NCBI RefSeq assembly: GCF_036321535.1
Contig: NC_087447.1
Coordinates: forward strand, 32,800,001 to 32,864,000
Direction of reading: 5' to 3'
DNA: 64,000 nt
From: Camelus dromedarius
Taxonomy: Eukaryota
The notes beneath the pieces were generated by a model, which did not search any database, was not told the DNA's origin, and saw nothing but the letters and a program-made list of their open reading frames with translations. A program made the translations under genes and the position numbers. This document shows, piece by piece, positions 14,091-27,500 of the stretch. Numbering within the stretch: the stretch's first letter is position 1; every line of letters begins with the position of its first letter.

Positions 14091-16657
14091 TTATCTTCTG
14101 CCAAGTATCAGCATAAGTCAAATCTCAGCTGCTGCCATTTCTCTCTATATTTTCTATCATCACTGATCCCCACCCTCCTACAAACCTGCTGCCTGCCCTG
14201 ATTATGCAGTCAGATCACCAGGGACGCTGGACTGGTCTGGTTTCCACTGCATTCTGACCCCATAACCAGTCACTGCTCATACCCTCCCTGATTCTTAGAA
14301 CTCCTTCGAATTAGCTCACAGAGACTTTGTCCTTAATGCTAGGAAAATGAACACCCAGCCATGAGAGTTCCTTTATCCAGCAGTGTTTTATCAACATAAT
14401 GCTGTCATTATATCCCTTCTCCTCCAGAACTGACATTTCTTTTCTCTGAATATCTGTAACATTTTTTTTCTGTACCTTGCTGTATTCATTTGTTTTCCAA
14501 AATGACGTTATCCAAAATAGGTGTTCAATAAATACCTAGCACAAATACAAGTTCATAAATGACTGAAGGAACAAGCATGGACCGTAGGGAGCTGGTCTCT
14601 TTACAATGAGGAGAGTGTTTTGAATCAAGACATATGCCTGTGCTTAGGAGGTGATGTTTCAGGCCATCCACCACAATTCCCACTGTCTTTTGTTGGGTTC
14701 CAAAGCTTGAGCCAAATACAGACTTACTAGCTTTTAAACCCAAGTCAAACTGTTCCTCACTTTTGCTATTGTGTATTGCCTAAGCTGTTAACAAAGGCCA
14801 GTCAAATATTTATCTTGGTCTGAGTTCCTCAGCTTCATTCTCAAATTTTATTTTTTCACAATGTGTCACTTTCTTCACCCTCCAAACAGTGGGGATTTTT
14901 AGTGGCTTTGTCCATTGTGGAGTGAGTGATTTTTCCTGTTTGCTAAGATTGCTATGTAAAGTGACTAGAAAGATAAATCTCCCCACTGAAAAGTATTGTG
15001 ACTGAACCATCTTGATCCAGAGTAGAGAGGCAGATGATGAAGAGGCTTCTGCCAGGGACTGGACAGCTGGATGCATTTCACAGCTCACAATGCAACCCTA
15101 CTCATGAGAACAAATGAAGAGTCATAGTTCTGCAGGAAAGCAGCAGCAGGATGGTTGCAGACAGCTGAATGTAATTACCCACCTCACCCAGAATTAGTGA
15201 AAATTAACAGCTGTTAAATTGTTGCATTTAGCCTTGCATGTGCCAGGTACATGCTACTTTATTAAATGCAGTGTAGTGAAGTTCTGCTGAGAATTACAGT
15301 AAAAATGGTGATCCTACAAAGAACCCAGTGGATCTTAGGTCTTGTGCAACCCCGCCCAGACCACTCAGCTGGAAATAAAAGAGCTGCTCTAATCTGTCCT
15401 GCTACGTTACTCTCACTGCCCACTCTCCTCTAACCTAAGTTCTTTCATTTCTCTGTCCTTATTCTGGGAAAGCTTTTTGTTCCTAATTCTTTAAGACAAC
15501 TTCAGGTCTTCCTCTCTCAATATTTCCCAGCTACTGCAGATGGCTTTAGCTTTAGAATCACAGAACCTCTACTTGGAGCTGCATATTATAAGGCAAGGTC
15601 ATGTCTTCATGTCCTCATCAGTGAAAGTGTGCATCATTATCCCCAACTTTTAGAAGTTTAAGTATGAAACAAGACATTTGTGTAATGCTTAGTACAGTCT
15701 TTGACAGATATGTTAATTCTGTATTAGTCTTTTTCTCTCAGCTCCAAAAATAAAGAGCCTGGGTTGAGTTGTCCATGAAATATTGATTTGATAATTAAAG
15801 TGAATTCATTAGCTCAGAGTCTACTTCCTGAGCACAAAATGCTCAGAGATAGATTCTTCAAACTATCTTTGAATGAAATGAAAGGAGGAATGTGTGATAA
15901 GCTATAATGATTTTAAGTTAGTAAACTCCATTCCATAATCAAGAGATGAAACTGACATGATACAGTGACATTAGGTGTATCAGAGTTTTTTTTTTGTTTG
16001 TTTGGTTTTGTTTTGTTTTGTTTATCTTGGTGGGAAAAGGGAGATATCTGCAACACATACCCATGGACAAGGCTTAAAGAGCCATAGTGTCAGGCTTTTA
16101 TCTGGAACACTGTCAGGTACGAGGGGAAAATCTGAAACTGACTTTCAGAGGAAAATACATTAACATTTTAGGGTCTGCTTGAAATTCAGAATAAATGTAT
16201 GATTGGCTGTCTTTGTTGTTGTAAAGTCAGAAGTCTTTTTTTGAAAAGGAGAAAGGAGTATTTAACTCAACTTCCTACGTCTGCGTATTTTCAGTGACTG
16301 ACTGTCAATGGGCGCCAAGTGCTATCCAAGGAATATTGACTAAAATGTCTTGCATGAAAGTGAAGCAGCAATGATGTCACTCCCTTCTCAAGTTTTATAG
16401 TAGCCTCATCAAGCCCATCTAGGGTTTTACCTCTTTAAGACCTTAAATCTCAGTTTCTCTAGGAAATTTCTGGAATGGCAAATTCTAGCCTATGGGTCTC
16501 TGTATACTGGTAGCAAAACATCTCTGTATGGGAGTGATCATGACACAGGCAGGATCTACCTGGCATAAGAGAGTCATTACAAAGAAAGGAGGAATCACAA
16601 ATTTCTAAAAGATAAAGGGATTAAATCAATATTTTAAGCCCCCCTAATCAATTAAGT

Positions 16658-17104
16658 TGTAGTAAACCAAATGGCAGCCCCCAAAACGTAATGTCCACAT
16701 GCTAATCCCCAGAACCCGTGAATGTTACTTTTATTTGGAGAAAAGGCCTTTGTGAATCTCATTAGGGGTCTCAAGGTGAGATAATCCTATATTATCAAGT
16801 GGACCCTGAATTCAAGTGTTCTGATAAGAAACACACAGAACAGAGGCATACAGAGAAGAGGAGGCAATGTGACCACAGTGGCTGAGATTGGAGTGATGCA
16901 GCCACCAATGGAGGACCAAGCAGAGTTATCTGAAGCTAGGAAAGGCAAGGAGGAACCCTCCCTTAGAGCATCTGGAGGGAGAATGGCGCGGCTGACGCTT
17001 TGGCTTCAGACTTTTGGCCTCCAGAATTGTGAGAAAATAAGCTTCTGTTGTTTTAAGGCATCAGGTTTATGATCATTACAGCAGCCACAGGAGACTCATA
17101 TACA
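16658..17104 (+). mobile_element. MLT1-family MaLR solo LTR
   Basis: tgtagt...ctaatccccagaacccgtgaatgttac...cttttggcctccagaattgtgagaaaataa...gcagccacaggagactcatataca. Confidence 0.9.
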
Positions 17105-17909
17105 GGGTTAGTTTTAATCCTGATACTCTTCAGCATAAGATGGGATCCCATTTCAGTGCATTTACAAAAATCTTTCAAATCTGCTTTATATTCTCCATTT
17201 TTTCTTATCTGCTCAACAGCAGAAACAAATGACAAATATTCCTTTCTCAAATTTACTGCAGCTGCCAAGATGCTTTGTCATTGTTAATGAGAAGGTATTC
17301 TGTGTCTCCATTCCGTCACCTCTGTAGATGAAACTTCAGGAGCCTGCCTGCAAGTTATATGCTTTTGGTTGCCTTGTCTTACCTAGGCTTCCTTGGTCGG
17401 CTGCATGTTGTCTGGTTGTGAATGAGTGAGCTTGGAATGGGAAAGACCATGGGTCCAGCTACCTCACTCTTTTACCAAACTTCTACAAATGTTAATCATC
17501 AGTACACTGTGCAAATTAATCCATGTCTATTTCCTGGGCAATGAACAGTTTTGATAAAGAATTATCTTAAGCCTTCAGAATGAATACTTTCTGAAAACAC
17601 ATCGTTTTAGAAATGGAAATATTTATGGTGACTGATGCCTTCTAATGAGTATGAGAGTGATATTTCACTAGCTAAAGCAAGTGTTCCATTTACAGTAGAA
17701 TTGAACCAGTCAATAGAGATCAACATACATTGCAGAAGCAGACGTAGAATATACTGAGGAAATTCTGGAGTTTAAACATTAGTAAAAGCCAGATGATTAA
17801 AGTGAATGTTAAATGGGAGGATGAGGTTATGGTACAGAGAAAATCAGTTGATTTACTGACAAAAACGTTGAAGGAGTATTAGATATCTTCTAGGGCACCC
17901 TCTGGCTCT

Positions 17910-18250
17910 AAACTAGAGAGATTTGTGACGAATTGATTTCATGGTGTGACATCAGTCCACAGACATGTTTTGTATGTGTTCTGCGTTTATTCTCTAAACT
18001 TGGATGCAGAAGTCAAGACTCATAATTTCATAGGTTAAAATCGAAATTTGTAGATTCTCTTGAAACGTTGAAAAGCATGGGAATGTGGGGCTCAGATTCT
18101 CAACTGGCAGCAATTGGCTGACAATCTACCGACACCTTTGAGATACACACCATTATGTCACTGCCCTTCCTGTAACTCCTTTCATCTTACTCTGAGTACT
18201 TCTTTGAATTATATTATCCCCTGTAACATTTGCTGTTTTAAAACCTGTTT
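17910..18250 (+). mobile_element. MER102-like hAT-Charlie remnant
   Basis: cagtccacagacatgttttg...ttctcttgaaa...ggcagcaattggctg motif series, highly diverged. Confidence 0.5.
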
Positions 18251-18921
18251 AAAGCTTCTGCAAATCTGATTTCTAGTTTAATGACCCATTCCTTTAATAA
18301 GTTTTTTCAATTCTATCTGTGAAATTATCTAAGAAAAAATTTTCCCTGGGAGTGCCTGGTCCAAAACGAAATCATCTCACCTCCATTCTCAAATATTATT
18401 GAAGGCAATACTTTACCATTTGTAAATATCATGGCAGGTAGTACCCCAGATTTTTGTTCTATCGTCATTAAAAAGTTTTTAGTTTCCCAAGTCACTGAAG
18501 TTTATGGTTGATGTTTTGATCCAAAGAATAGAATTTTGCATTTGAAAGAAACATTCTCATGTCCCATGCCTATCTTTGTTTAACTCTCCCAAAACAATAC
18601 TGCTAAAATACTACAAAAATGTGTAAATGTCCCTTTGAAAGTTGAACATTTTTGTCATGTGAGATTGGCCTACCAACTGCCAGTAATTCCAGGTAAATTT
18701 GCTTTTCTATGTGTTTGAGAATTTGTTTGGCTTCATGTTTCCTAAAATACTCATTTCCCTTCTTAGTAATAAATTATTTTATTTAAAAAAAAACTTAAGG
18801 TATTGAAAGGCTGCTGCAAATTAGGTAAACATTATTTTTCTGGGAACCTGCATCATTTCTCCTCACAAGCTTTTCATTCCATGATGGGCACCATCTTGAA
18901 GAGTTAACCACTACAATCTAG

Positions 18922-18968
18922 TGTGGTGGTGGTGGTGGTGGTGGTGGTGGTGGTGGTGGTGGTGGTGG
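18922..18968. repeat. (TGG)n trinucleotide repeat
   Basis: Perfect TGG run of about 15 units. Confidence 0.97.
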
Positions 18969-20303
18969 CAGTTATGCTGTCAGATAATCAGACAGATTCT
19001 CTTCCTCAGTGTTATACTACCCGTGTTTGAAGCTGTAACACAAGATGATATCAAGTTTATGAACCACAAAACTTATGATTCCAACTTACAAGAACCAAGA
19101 AATTAAATGAGGATAGAGCAGAGGCAGCAACTTGACATAAAGATCCAACTCTTCTAGAATTTAGTTCTGAATATGCCATGTATCTACTCTTTACTGTTTT
19201 GTGATAACCCAGACTAGATCTTAACTTACAATGGAAACGATAATGTTGCCATCTTATATCCTTCCTGGATATAGTTGATTTATAATATGAGTTTCAGGTA
19301 TACAACATAGTAATTCAAAATTTTGTAGACTACGTCCATTTAAATTTGTTATGAAATGTTGACTATATTCCCTGTGTCTTACAATATATATTCCTATAGC
19401 TTCTTTATTTTAAACATGGTAGTTTATTCCTCTTAAGCTGTTACTCTTATTTTGCCCCACCCCCCTTTTGGTAACCACTAGCTTGTTTTCTATGTCTGTG
19501 AGTCAGTTTCTGTTTTGCTATATGCATTTGTTTTATTTTCTGTATTCCATATCTAAGTGATAAAATATAGTATTTGTCTTTCTCTATTTGACTTATTTTA
19601 CTAAACATAATTTCCTCCAGGTACATCTGAGTTGTTGCAAATGGAAAAATTTCATTCTTTTTATGGCTAAGTAGTATTCCATTGTATATATGTCACATAT
19701 CTTCTTTATTTAGTCATCCGTTGATGGAAACGTGTTGCTTCCGTATTTTGGCTATTACAAATAGTGCTGCTGTGAATATGGGGTGCATGTATCTTTTCAA
19801 ATTAGTATTTTCATTGTCTTCAAATATATATCCATATACTGGGTCATATGATAGTTCTATTTTTAGTTTTTTAGGAACCTCCATGTTTTCCACAGTGGCT
19901 ACACCAGTGTACATACCCACCAATAGTATGCAAGGATTCCATTTTCTTGGTATCTTCACCAGCATTTGTTATTTGTCATCAATTTGATGTGATCTATTTG
20001 AGGTACTAACTCATTGTGGTTTTGATTTGCATTTCTCTGATGATTAGCCATGTTGGACATCTTTTCATGTGCCTGTTAGCCATCTGTATGCCTTCTTTGA
20101 AAAACTGTTTATTCAAGTATTTTACCCATTGTTAATATCAGTTTTTTTGATACTGAGTTGTATGAGCTGTTTATATATTTTGGATATTAATACCTTATTG
20201 GTTATATCATTTGCAAATATGTTTTCCCATTCAGCAGGTTGCCTTTTCATTTGTCAATGGTTTCCTTTGATGTGCAAAAGCTTTTACAAATAATTAGGTC
20301 CCA

Positions 20304-20305
<2 letters not shown>

Positions 20306-20345
<40 letters not shown>
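20306..20345. repeat. (GT)n microsatellite
   Basis: Perfect GT run. Confidence 0.97.
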
Positions 20346-20346
<1 letters not shown>

Positions 20347-23069
20347 TTTTTCTTTTTGCTTTTGTTTGCTTTAGGAGACAGATCAAAAAAAAAAAAGCAT
20401 TGCTATGATTTATGTCAGAGTGTTCTGCCTATGTTTTCCTGTAGGAGTTTTATAGTTTCAGTTTTTATTTAGGTCTTTCATCCATTTTTAGTTTGTATAT
20501 GTTTGAGGAAATGTTCTAACCTCATTCTTTTACATGTAGCTGTCCAGTTTTCCTGACACCCCTTTTGAAAAGACTGTATTTTCCCTGTGTAAATTCTTGC
20601 CTCCTTTGTCATAGATTAATTGATCTTAATTGCATGGATTCATTTCTGGGCTGTCTATTCTGTTCCATTGACTTATGTGTCTGTTTTTGTGCCAGTACCA
20701 GACTGCTTTGATTACTGTAGCTTTGTGGTCTAAAGTTAGGGAGTATAATACTTACACCTTTGTTCTTTGTCAAGATTGCTTTGGCTATTAGGGTCTCCTG
20801 TGTTTCCTTATAAATTTTAAAATTATTTGTTCTAGTTCTGTGGAAAAAAGCCTTTGGTACTTTGATAGAGATTTCATCGAATCTGTAGGTTACCATGGGT
20901 AGTATGGACATTTTAACAATATTAATTCTTCCATTCCATTCCATGCACACAGTATATCATCCCACTTGTTTGTGTCATCCTAAATTTCCATCAGAGTCTG
21001 ATAGTTCTCTTGGTGTAGATCTTTTACATCCTTAGTTATATTTACATTAGGTTTTGTGGGTTTTTTTTTTTTTGATATGATGGTAAATGAAATTGTTAAT
21101 TTTTATTTCTGGTAGTTTATTTTATTGTACAGAAATAAAAGAACAGATTTCTTTATATTTGTATCCTGAAACTTTTCCAAATTCATTGATGAGCTCCAGT
21201 AGTATTTTGTTGACATCTTTAGGATTTTCTACATATGTTGGCATGACAGTTTCACTTCTCTTCTGTTTGGATTCCTTTTATTTGTTGTCCTATAGTTAGG
21301 ACTTCCAGTACTATGTTGAATAAAATTTCTGAGAGTGGGCATGTTTGTCTTGTTCTTAACCTCGGAGGAAATGCTTTCAGGTTTTCACCATTGAGTAGAA
21401 GTTAGCTGTGGGCTAGACAAAAATGGCCATTATTATGTTGAGGTTTATTTCCTCTATCTACCTTGTGGAGAGTTTTTTAGTCATCAGTAGATGTTGAATC
21501 TTTTCAAAACCTTTTTTTTTTATGTTTACTAAGATAATCATATGATTTTCATTCAGTTTGTTTATATATCACATTGATTTGTGGACATTGAAACATCCTT
21601 GCATTGCTGGGATGGATCACACTGGATCATCATGTATGATCCTTTTAATGTATTGTTGAATTCAGTTTGCTTACATTTTGTTGATCATTTTTGCATGTTA
21701 TGTTTATCAGTAATATTGGTCTGTAATTTTATTTTTTTGTGTGATATCTTTGGTTTTGGTGTCAGGATGATGCTGGCCTTGTAGAATGAGTTTGGAAGTT
21801 ACATTTCTCTGCAATTTTTTGGAATAGTTTAAGAAGGGTAAGTGTTAACTCTCTTCTAAATCTTTAGTAGAATTCACCTGTGAAGCCATCTGGTCTTGGG
21901 CTTTTGTTTGTTGGGAGTTTTTTTTTTTTTTCTTTTTTAATTACTGATTCAGTTTCATTGCTGGCTATTGATTTGTTCATGTTTTCCGTTCCTTCCTGGT
22001 TCAGTCTTGGGAGATGGTACGTTTCATCCATTACTTCTACATTGTCTGTTATACTGGTGTATACTTGTTTATAATAATTTTATGATCCTTTGCATTTCTG
22101 TGGTGTTGGTTGTAACTTCTTTTTCATTTCTGCTTTTATAAATTTGTGCCCTCTTTTTTTTTCCCTTGATGAGTCAGAGTGAGGATTTATCAATTATATT
22201 TATCTTTTCAAAGAAACAACTTCTAATTTAATTGATAATTTCTATTGTTTTTATCTCTCTTTTATTTATTTCTGCTCTGATCATTATGATTTCTTGCTTT
22301 CTACTAACTTTGGGTTGTATTTTTCTTTTTCTAATTCCATTAGGTGTAGGGTTTTTTTTTTTAAATGAGATTTTGTTTGTTTCCTGACTTAAGCTTGTAG
22401 TGGTGTAAACTTCATTCTAGTGCTACTTTTGCTGCATCCAATAGATTTTGAATCATTGTGGTTTTGTTTTCATTTTTCTCCAGGTTATTTTTAAATTTCT
22501 TTGATTTCTTCAGTGATCCATTAGTTGTTTAGTAGCATATTATTTAGCTTCCATGTATTTGTGGTTTTTTGCATTTTTTTCTCTTGCAGTTAATTTCCAG
22601 TCTCATATTATTGTGTCCAGAAAAGATTTCAATTTTCTTAAATCTCTGAGACTAATTTTCTGGCCTAGCATGTGATCTACACTCAAGAATGTCCCAAGTA
22701 TACTTGAATGTATATTCTGCTACTTTGGGATTTAAAGTTCTATATATATTTAGTCCATTTGGTCTAAGGTGTCATTTAAGACCAGTATGTCCTTGCTGAT
22801 TTTCTGTCTGGATGATTTCTGTCTATTGATATAAATGTGGGGTTAAAGCCCCCTACTGTTACTGTGTTGCTGTCAGTTTCTCCCTATATGTCTGTAAATA
22901 CTTGCTCTACATATTTAGATGTGCCTGTGTTGGGTGCATATATATTTACAATTGTTCCATCTTCTTAGGTTGATCCCTTGATCATTATGTAATGGCCTTT
23001 GTCTCTTGTATAGCCTTTGTTTTAAACTCTATTTTGTCTCATATAAGTATTGCTATCCTGGCTTTCTTT

Positions 23070-23781
23070 CTCTTTTTTTTTTTTAAGGAAATGATTTTTA
23101 TTCAGGCTATTGCAATAGGAATAACAGTCATTAATGAGGACTATCTCAAAAAAGAAAAGGAAGGGGGCCCTCAGTTTTAAAAAAGCACATTAACAAGGGA
23201 GTCAGTCATTGAGGATGGTGAAGAGGGTTTTATTTTGGATATGTTAAGGGCAGAGAGGGCCTTTCTTGGTTAGGTTACCCCTTTCTCACAACATAAAAGG
23301 ATTGTTCCTCTGTTCTTTTTTTTTTTTAACATTTTTTATTGATTTATAATAATTTTACAATGTTGTGTCAAATTCCACTGTAGAGCTCAGTTTTTCAATT
23401 ATACATGAACATATATATATTGTCACATTTTTTTCTCTGTGAGCTACCATAAGATCTTTTATATATTTCCCTGTGCTATACAGTATGATCTTGTTTATCT
23501 ATTCTACATTTTGAAATCCCAGTCTATCCCTTCCCACCCCCCGTCCCCTTGGCAACCACAGGTTTGTATTCTATGTCTGTGAGTCTGTTTCTGTTTTGTA
23601 TTTATGTTTTGTTTGTTTGTTTTTGTTTTTTTTTTAGATTCCACATATGAGCAATCTCATATGGTATTTTTCTCTTTCTGGCTTACTTCACTTAGAATGC
23701 CGTTCTCCAGGAGCATCCATGTTGCTGCAAATGTCGTTATGTTGTCAGTTTTTATGGCTGAACAGTATTCCATTGTATAAA
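23070..23781 (-). mobile_element. Young L1 3' fragment with a 3'-transduced flank and second poly(A) tail
   Basis: TSD tatcctggctttcttt at 23054-23069 and 23782-23797. Poly(T) tracts at 23073-23084 and 23316-23327. Confidence 0.9.
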
Positions 23782-24174
23782 TATCCTGGCTTTCTTTTGA
23801 TTTCCATTTGTATGGAATACTTTTTTCACCCCCTCTCTTTCAGTCTATGTCTTTATATCTGAAGTGAGTCTCTTATAGGCAGCATATAGATGGATCTTAT
23901 ATTTGTATCCATCCAGCCACTCTGTCTTTTGATTGGAATATTTATTCCATTTACATTTAAAGTAATTACTGATCGTTACATATGTATTGCTATTTTGTTA
24001 ATTGGTGTTCATTTTGTAGTTTTGTTCCTTTCTTCTTCTTTTGCTTACTTCCCTTGTGATTTGATAACTATCTTTAATGTTTTGTTTAGATTCCTCTTTT
24101 TTGTGTGCATATCTATTATAGATTTTTGGTTTGTGGTTACCATGAAGTTTGTATACAGCAATCTATATATATAT

Positions 24175-24376
24175 ATTTATATCAATAGACAGAAATCATC
24201 CAGACAGAAAATCAGTAAGGAAACACTGGTCTTAAATGACACCTTAGACCAAATGGACTTAATATATATAGAACTTTACATCCCAAAGTAGCAGAATACA
24301 CATTCAAGTACACAAGGGACATTCTTGAGTGTAGATCACATGCTAGGCCAGAAAATTAGTCTCAGAGATTTAAGAA
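24175..24376 (+). repeat. Inverted copy of 22635-22836
   Basis: 202-bp reverse-complement match with 9 substitutions by manual count and no gaps. Confidence 0.93.
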
Positions 24377-24485
24377 TATATATAGGTTTAAGTGTATATA
24401 CAGACATGATTATTTTAAGTTGCTGATCTCTTAATTTCAAATGCATTTTAAGAACCCTGAATTTTTACTCCACTTCCCTACAATT

Positions 24486-24570
24486 TATTTATTTAACATT
24501 TTTTATTGAGTTATAGTCAGTATACAATGTTGTATCAATTTCCAGTGTAGAGCACAATCTTTCAGTTATA
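24486..24570 (-). mobile_element. About 85-bp L1 3' stub
   Basis: aacattttttattgagttatagtcag... between TSD cacttccctacaatt (24471-24485) and cacttccctataatt (24571-24585). Confidence 0.9.
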
Positions 24571-27500
24571 CACTTCCCTATAATTACTATTTTTGACATC
24601 AAATTTTACAACTGTTTGTTTTGCATATCCCTTGCAGATATAGATTATTTTACTTTTTTTTTTAAACTTCTTACTAGCTTTGTATGTGATTGATTTACTA
24701 CCTTTACAATAAATATATCTCTTTACCTATGAGCCTTTTCCTTTCATAATTTTCATGTTGCTAGTTGAGGCCTTTTCTTTTTTTCTTAGAGAAGTCCCTG
24801 TAACATTTCTTGTAAAGTTGGTTTGGTGGTGCTGAACTCTTTAGCTTTTGCTTGTCTGTTAAAACTTTTTGCTCTCTCCATAAAATATAAATTAAGGCCT
24901 TGCCAGGTAGAGTATTCTTGGTTGTAGGTTTTCCTCTTGCATCACGTGACTATATCATGGTGCTCCCTTCAGGCCTACAGAGTTTCTGCTAAAAATTCAG
25001 CTGACAGCCTAATGGGAGTTCTGTTTTGTATAACTTGTTGTTTTTACCGTGCTGCTATTAATATTCTTTTTCTTTAATTTTTGCCATTTTAATTACAATG
25101 CATCTTTGAGTTGATCCTGTTTGGGGGTCTTTGTGCTTCCTGAACCTGGATGTCTGTTTCCTTTCCCAGGTTAGGAAAGTTTTCAGCTATTAGGTCTTCA
25201 AAAATGTTCTCTGTCCCTTTCCTCACTCTTCTCCTTCTGAAACTTCTGGGGCTGATGCAGGCATGATCATGTATTGGCTGGGTCCTTATAAGACAGTCTG
25301 TCAGGCTGCAGTATTCTAGGGCTGGTGGGCAGGTTTGGGGCTCGGGGGAATCTGGAGCTGATGCCATCCATTAGTGGGTGGAGCTGGTTCCTGAAGTCTC
25401 TGGCTGCAGTGCCCTGGGTATATTAGAGCTGATACTGGCCTACTGATGAGAGGGGCCAGGTGCTAACACAGCTGGCTTTGTGGCTTTGGGGTAGAGAGTG
25501 TCCAGAAGCTTGTGTTGGCCCACTGATGGGTGGGATGGGATCCTGTGGCAGTTAGCTGAGTTAGCTAATGTTCACCTACTGGTGGGAAAGGCCAGAGCCC
25601 AGGGGTTCCTGAGGCTAGTGCCAGCAGCTGGTAGGTGGGCTGGGTCCTGCTATCACAGGCTGTGGCTGTGGTGGTCCTGGTGCTGATGTCTGCCCTGTTG
25701 CGGGTGTAGTTGGGGCCCAGGGAATCCTGGGAGTCCTGGGGCTGGTGTCTGTCCACTGCTGGTTGTAGGACTCTGGAGGTCTCAGAGTTGGTGTGTCAAC
25801 CTGCTGGTGGGCAGGACTGGGACCCTGGGGGTCCTGGGGCTGGTGCCTACTCACACATGGATAGAGCTGGGTTCTGAGGTCTCTAGATGTAGAGCCCTGG
25901 GGGTTTCCAGGCTAGTGCACCTGCTGGTATTTGGGGCTGGATCCTCGGCCCTCTAGTGGACAGGGCCATTTCCTGGGGTGGCTGTGGGCTCAGAAGGTCC
26001 TAAGGAAGCCTGCCTGCAGGTGTATAGGCCAGGCCTGGCCTGGCTAGTTACTTGGCCTGAGGCATCCCAGTACTGGTACTCACAGGTTAGTGAGCGGGGC
26101 CAGGTCCAGATGCTTATACACTAGAAGGATTCCAAAATGGCACTTGCCAGCACCTATGTCCACATGGTAAAATGAGCTCCCAGAAGTGGCTGACACCAGT
26201 GTCTGTCCCCAGGGTGAGCTCCAGGGGCCTCCTAATTCTGTGGGAGATCAGCAGGTGGGTCTGACCCAGGCTCCTCTCAAATCAGTGTCTCTGGCTTGGG
26301 TCCTGAAGCGTGTGAGATCTGTGTGCATCCTTTTAAGAATGGAGTCTCTATTTCCCACAGCCCTCTGGGTTTCCTGAAAGTAAGCCCTGCTGGCCTTCAA
26401 AGCCACGTGTTCTAGGGGCTTGTCTTTCTGGCGCAGGACTCCCAGGCTGGGAAGCCCAATGTAGGGCTCAGACCCATTTCTCCTTGGGGAGGACATCTGC
26501 AGTTGTAGTTATTCTCTCATTTGTGGTCACCCACCTGAGGGTATGGGTCCTGACTATTCTGTGACTCCACACTACTACTCATCTCATTGTGGTTCCTTCT
26601 CTATATCGTAAGTTGTAGAAGGTCTTTTCTGCTAGATTATCTTCCTCATCAATAGTTGCTCTATAAGCAGTTATAATTTTGGTGTGCCCATGAAAGGAGG
26701 TAAGCTCAGTGTCTTCCTACTCCATTATCTTGGCCTGAACTCATGACTATCTTTAAATGTCATTCGTTTAGAAAGAGTAAGAAAAGCTCACTTGAAATGG
26801 AAATGTGAAAAACATTTGAAATCATCAGCAGGATGGCAGAGGGAAAGCCAGGGTGGATTGGGTGGTAGTTCTAGCTCTGTGACTAGTCATGAGCTCTGGG
26901 CAGTGCACCTCACCTCTCTGAATGCTGACTTCATTTGTGGAAGTGAAGGAAGAGTGGGAGTTTGGCCAATGGCTTTCAAGCTGTGCTCTGCTGAAGTCTT
27001 GAGTTGTGTGATGTGTGAAGGGGTTCCAATTCTCTAACCCTGGTCTAAGCAGAGAAATTCTTCTCTTATTTATTTGATTTTTATAGTAAAGCGCCAAATA
27101 CATTTTATCTTTAAACAGAGCTTATTGATTAAGAACCTTTGAAAGCCACACGAGTGAGCTGTTTCCACCCTCCCCATGATGAGTTTTTGACATTATAAAA
27201 GGTTATGGATTCAACTTTTAAAAGAATTATTGGAAAACCTACTCTGTGCAAGGCACTATGCTGGATGCTAGATAAAGATTGTATATATATTGAACTATAA
27301 AGAAAAATGTATAGTAAGTCCATAACAGCAACACAAGTACAGAACTAGAAAGCTCACACAGTATATGAATATATAATATATATTTATATATGCATTATCG
27401 ATTGCATATATATAGAGAGATTATAGATATGGTACCTATATATAACTTATATATGTATATATATTTGTATATAGATAACATATATATGTATATATATTTC

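Larger units (their letters stand above)
19265..26742 (-). mobile_element. Near full-length decayed L1 (5' UTR to 3' UTR, part of ORF1 deleted) with nested insertions
   Basis: 5' terminus gagttcaggccaagataatggagtaggaagacactgagc on the minus strand. GC-rich repetitive 5' UTR at about 25250-26700. ORF1 remnant ENIFEDLIAENFPNLGKE and ORF2 remnants [12 protein letters not shown] and HPIFTAALF. Confidence 0.92.

Noticed and set aside
18921..19106. Poly-Trp ORF
   Set aside because: It is the translation of a (TGG)n microsatellite.
25250..26100. GC-rich imperfect repeats resembling an array
   Set aside because: Degenerate tandem units of an L1 5' UTR. There are no constant repeats with unique spacers, so it is not CRISPR-like.
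27360..27500. AT-rich quasi-palindromic stretch
   Set aside because: Low-complexity (TA)n-derived sequence.
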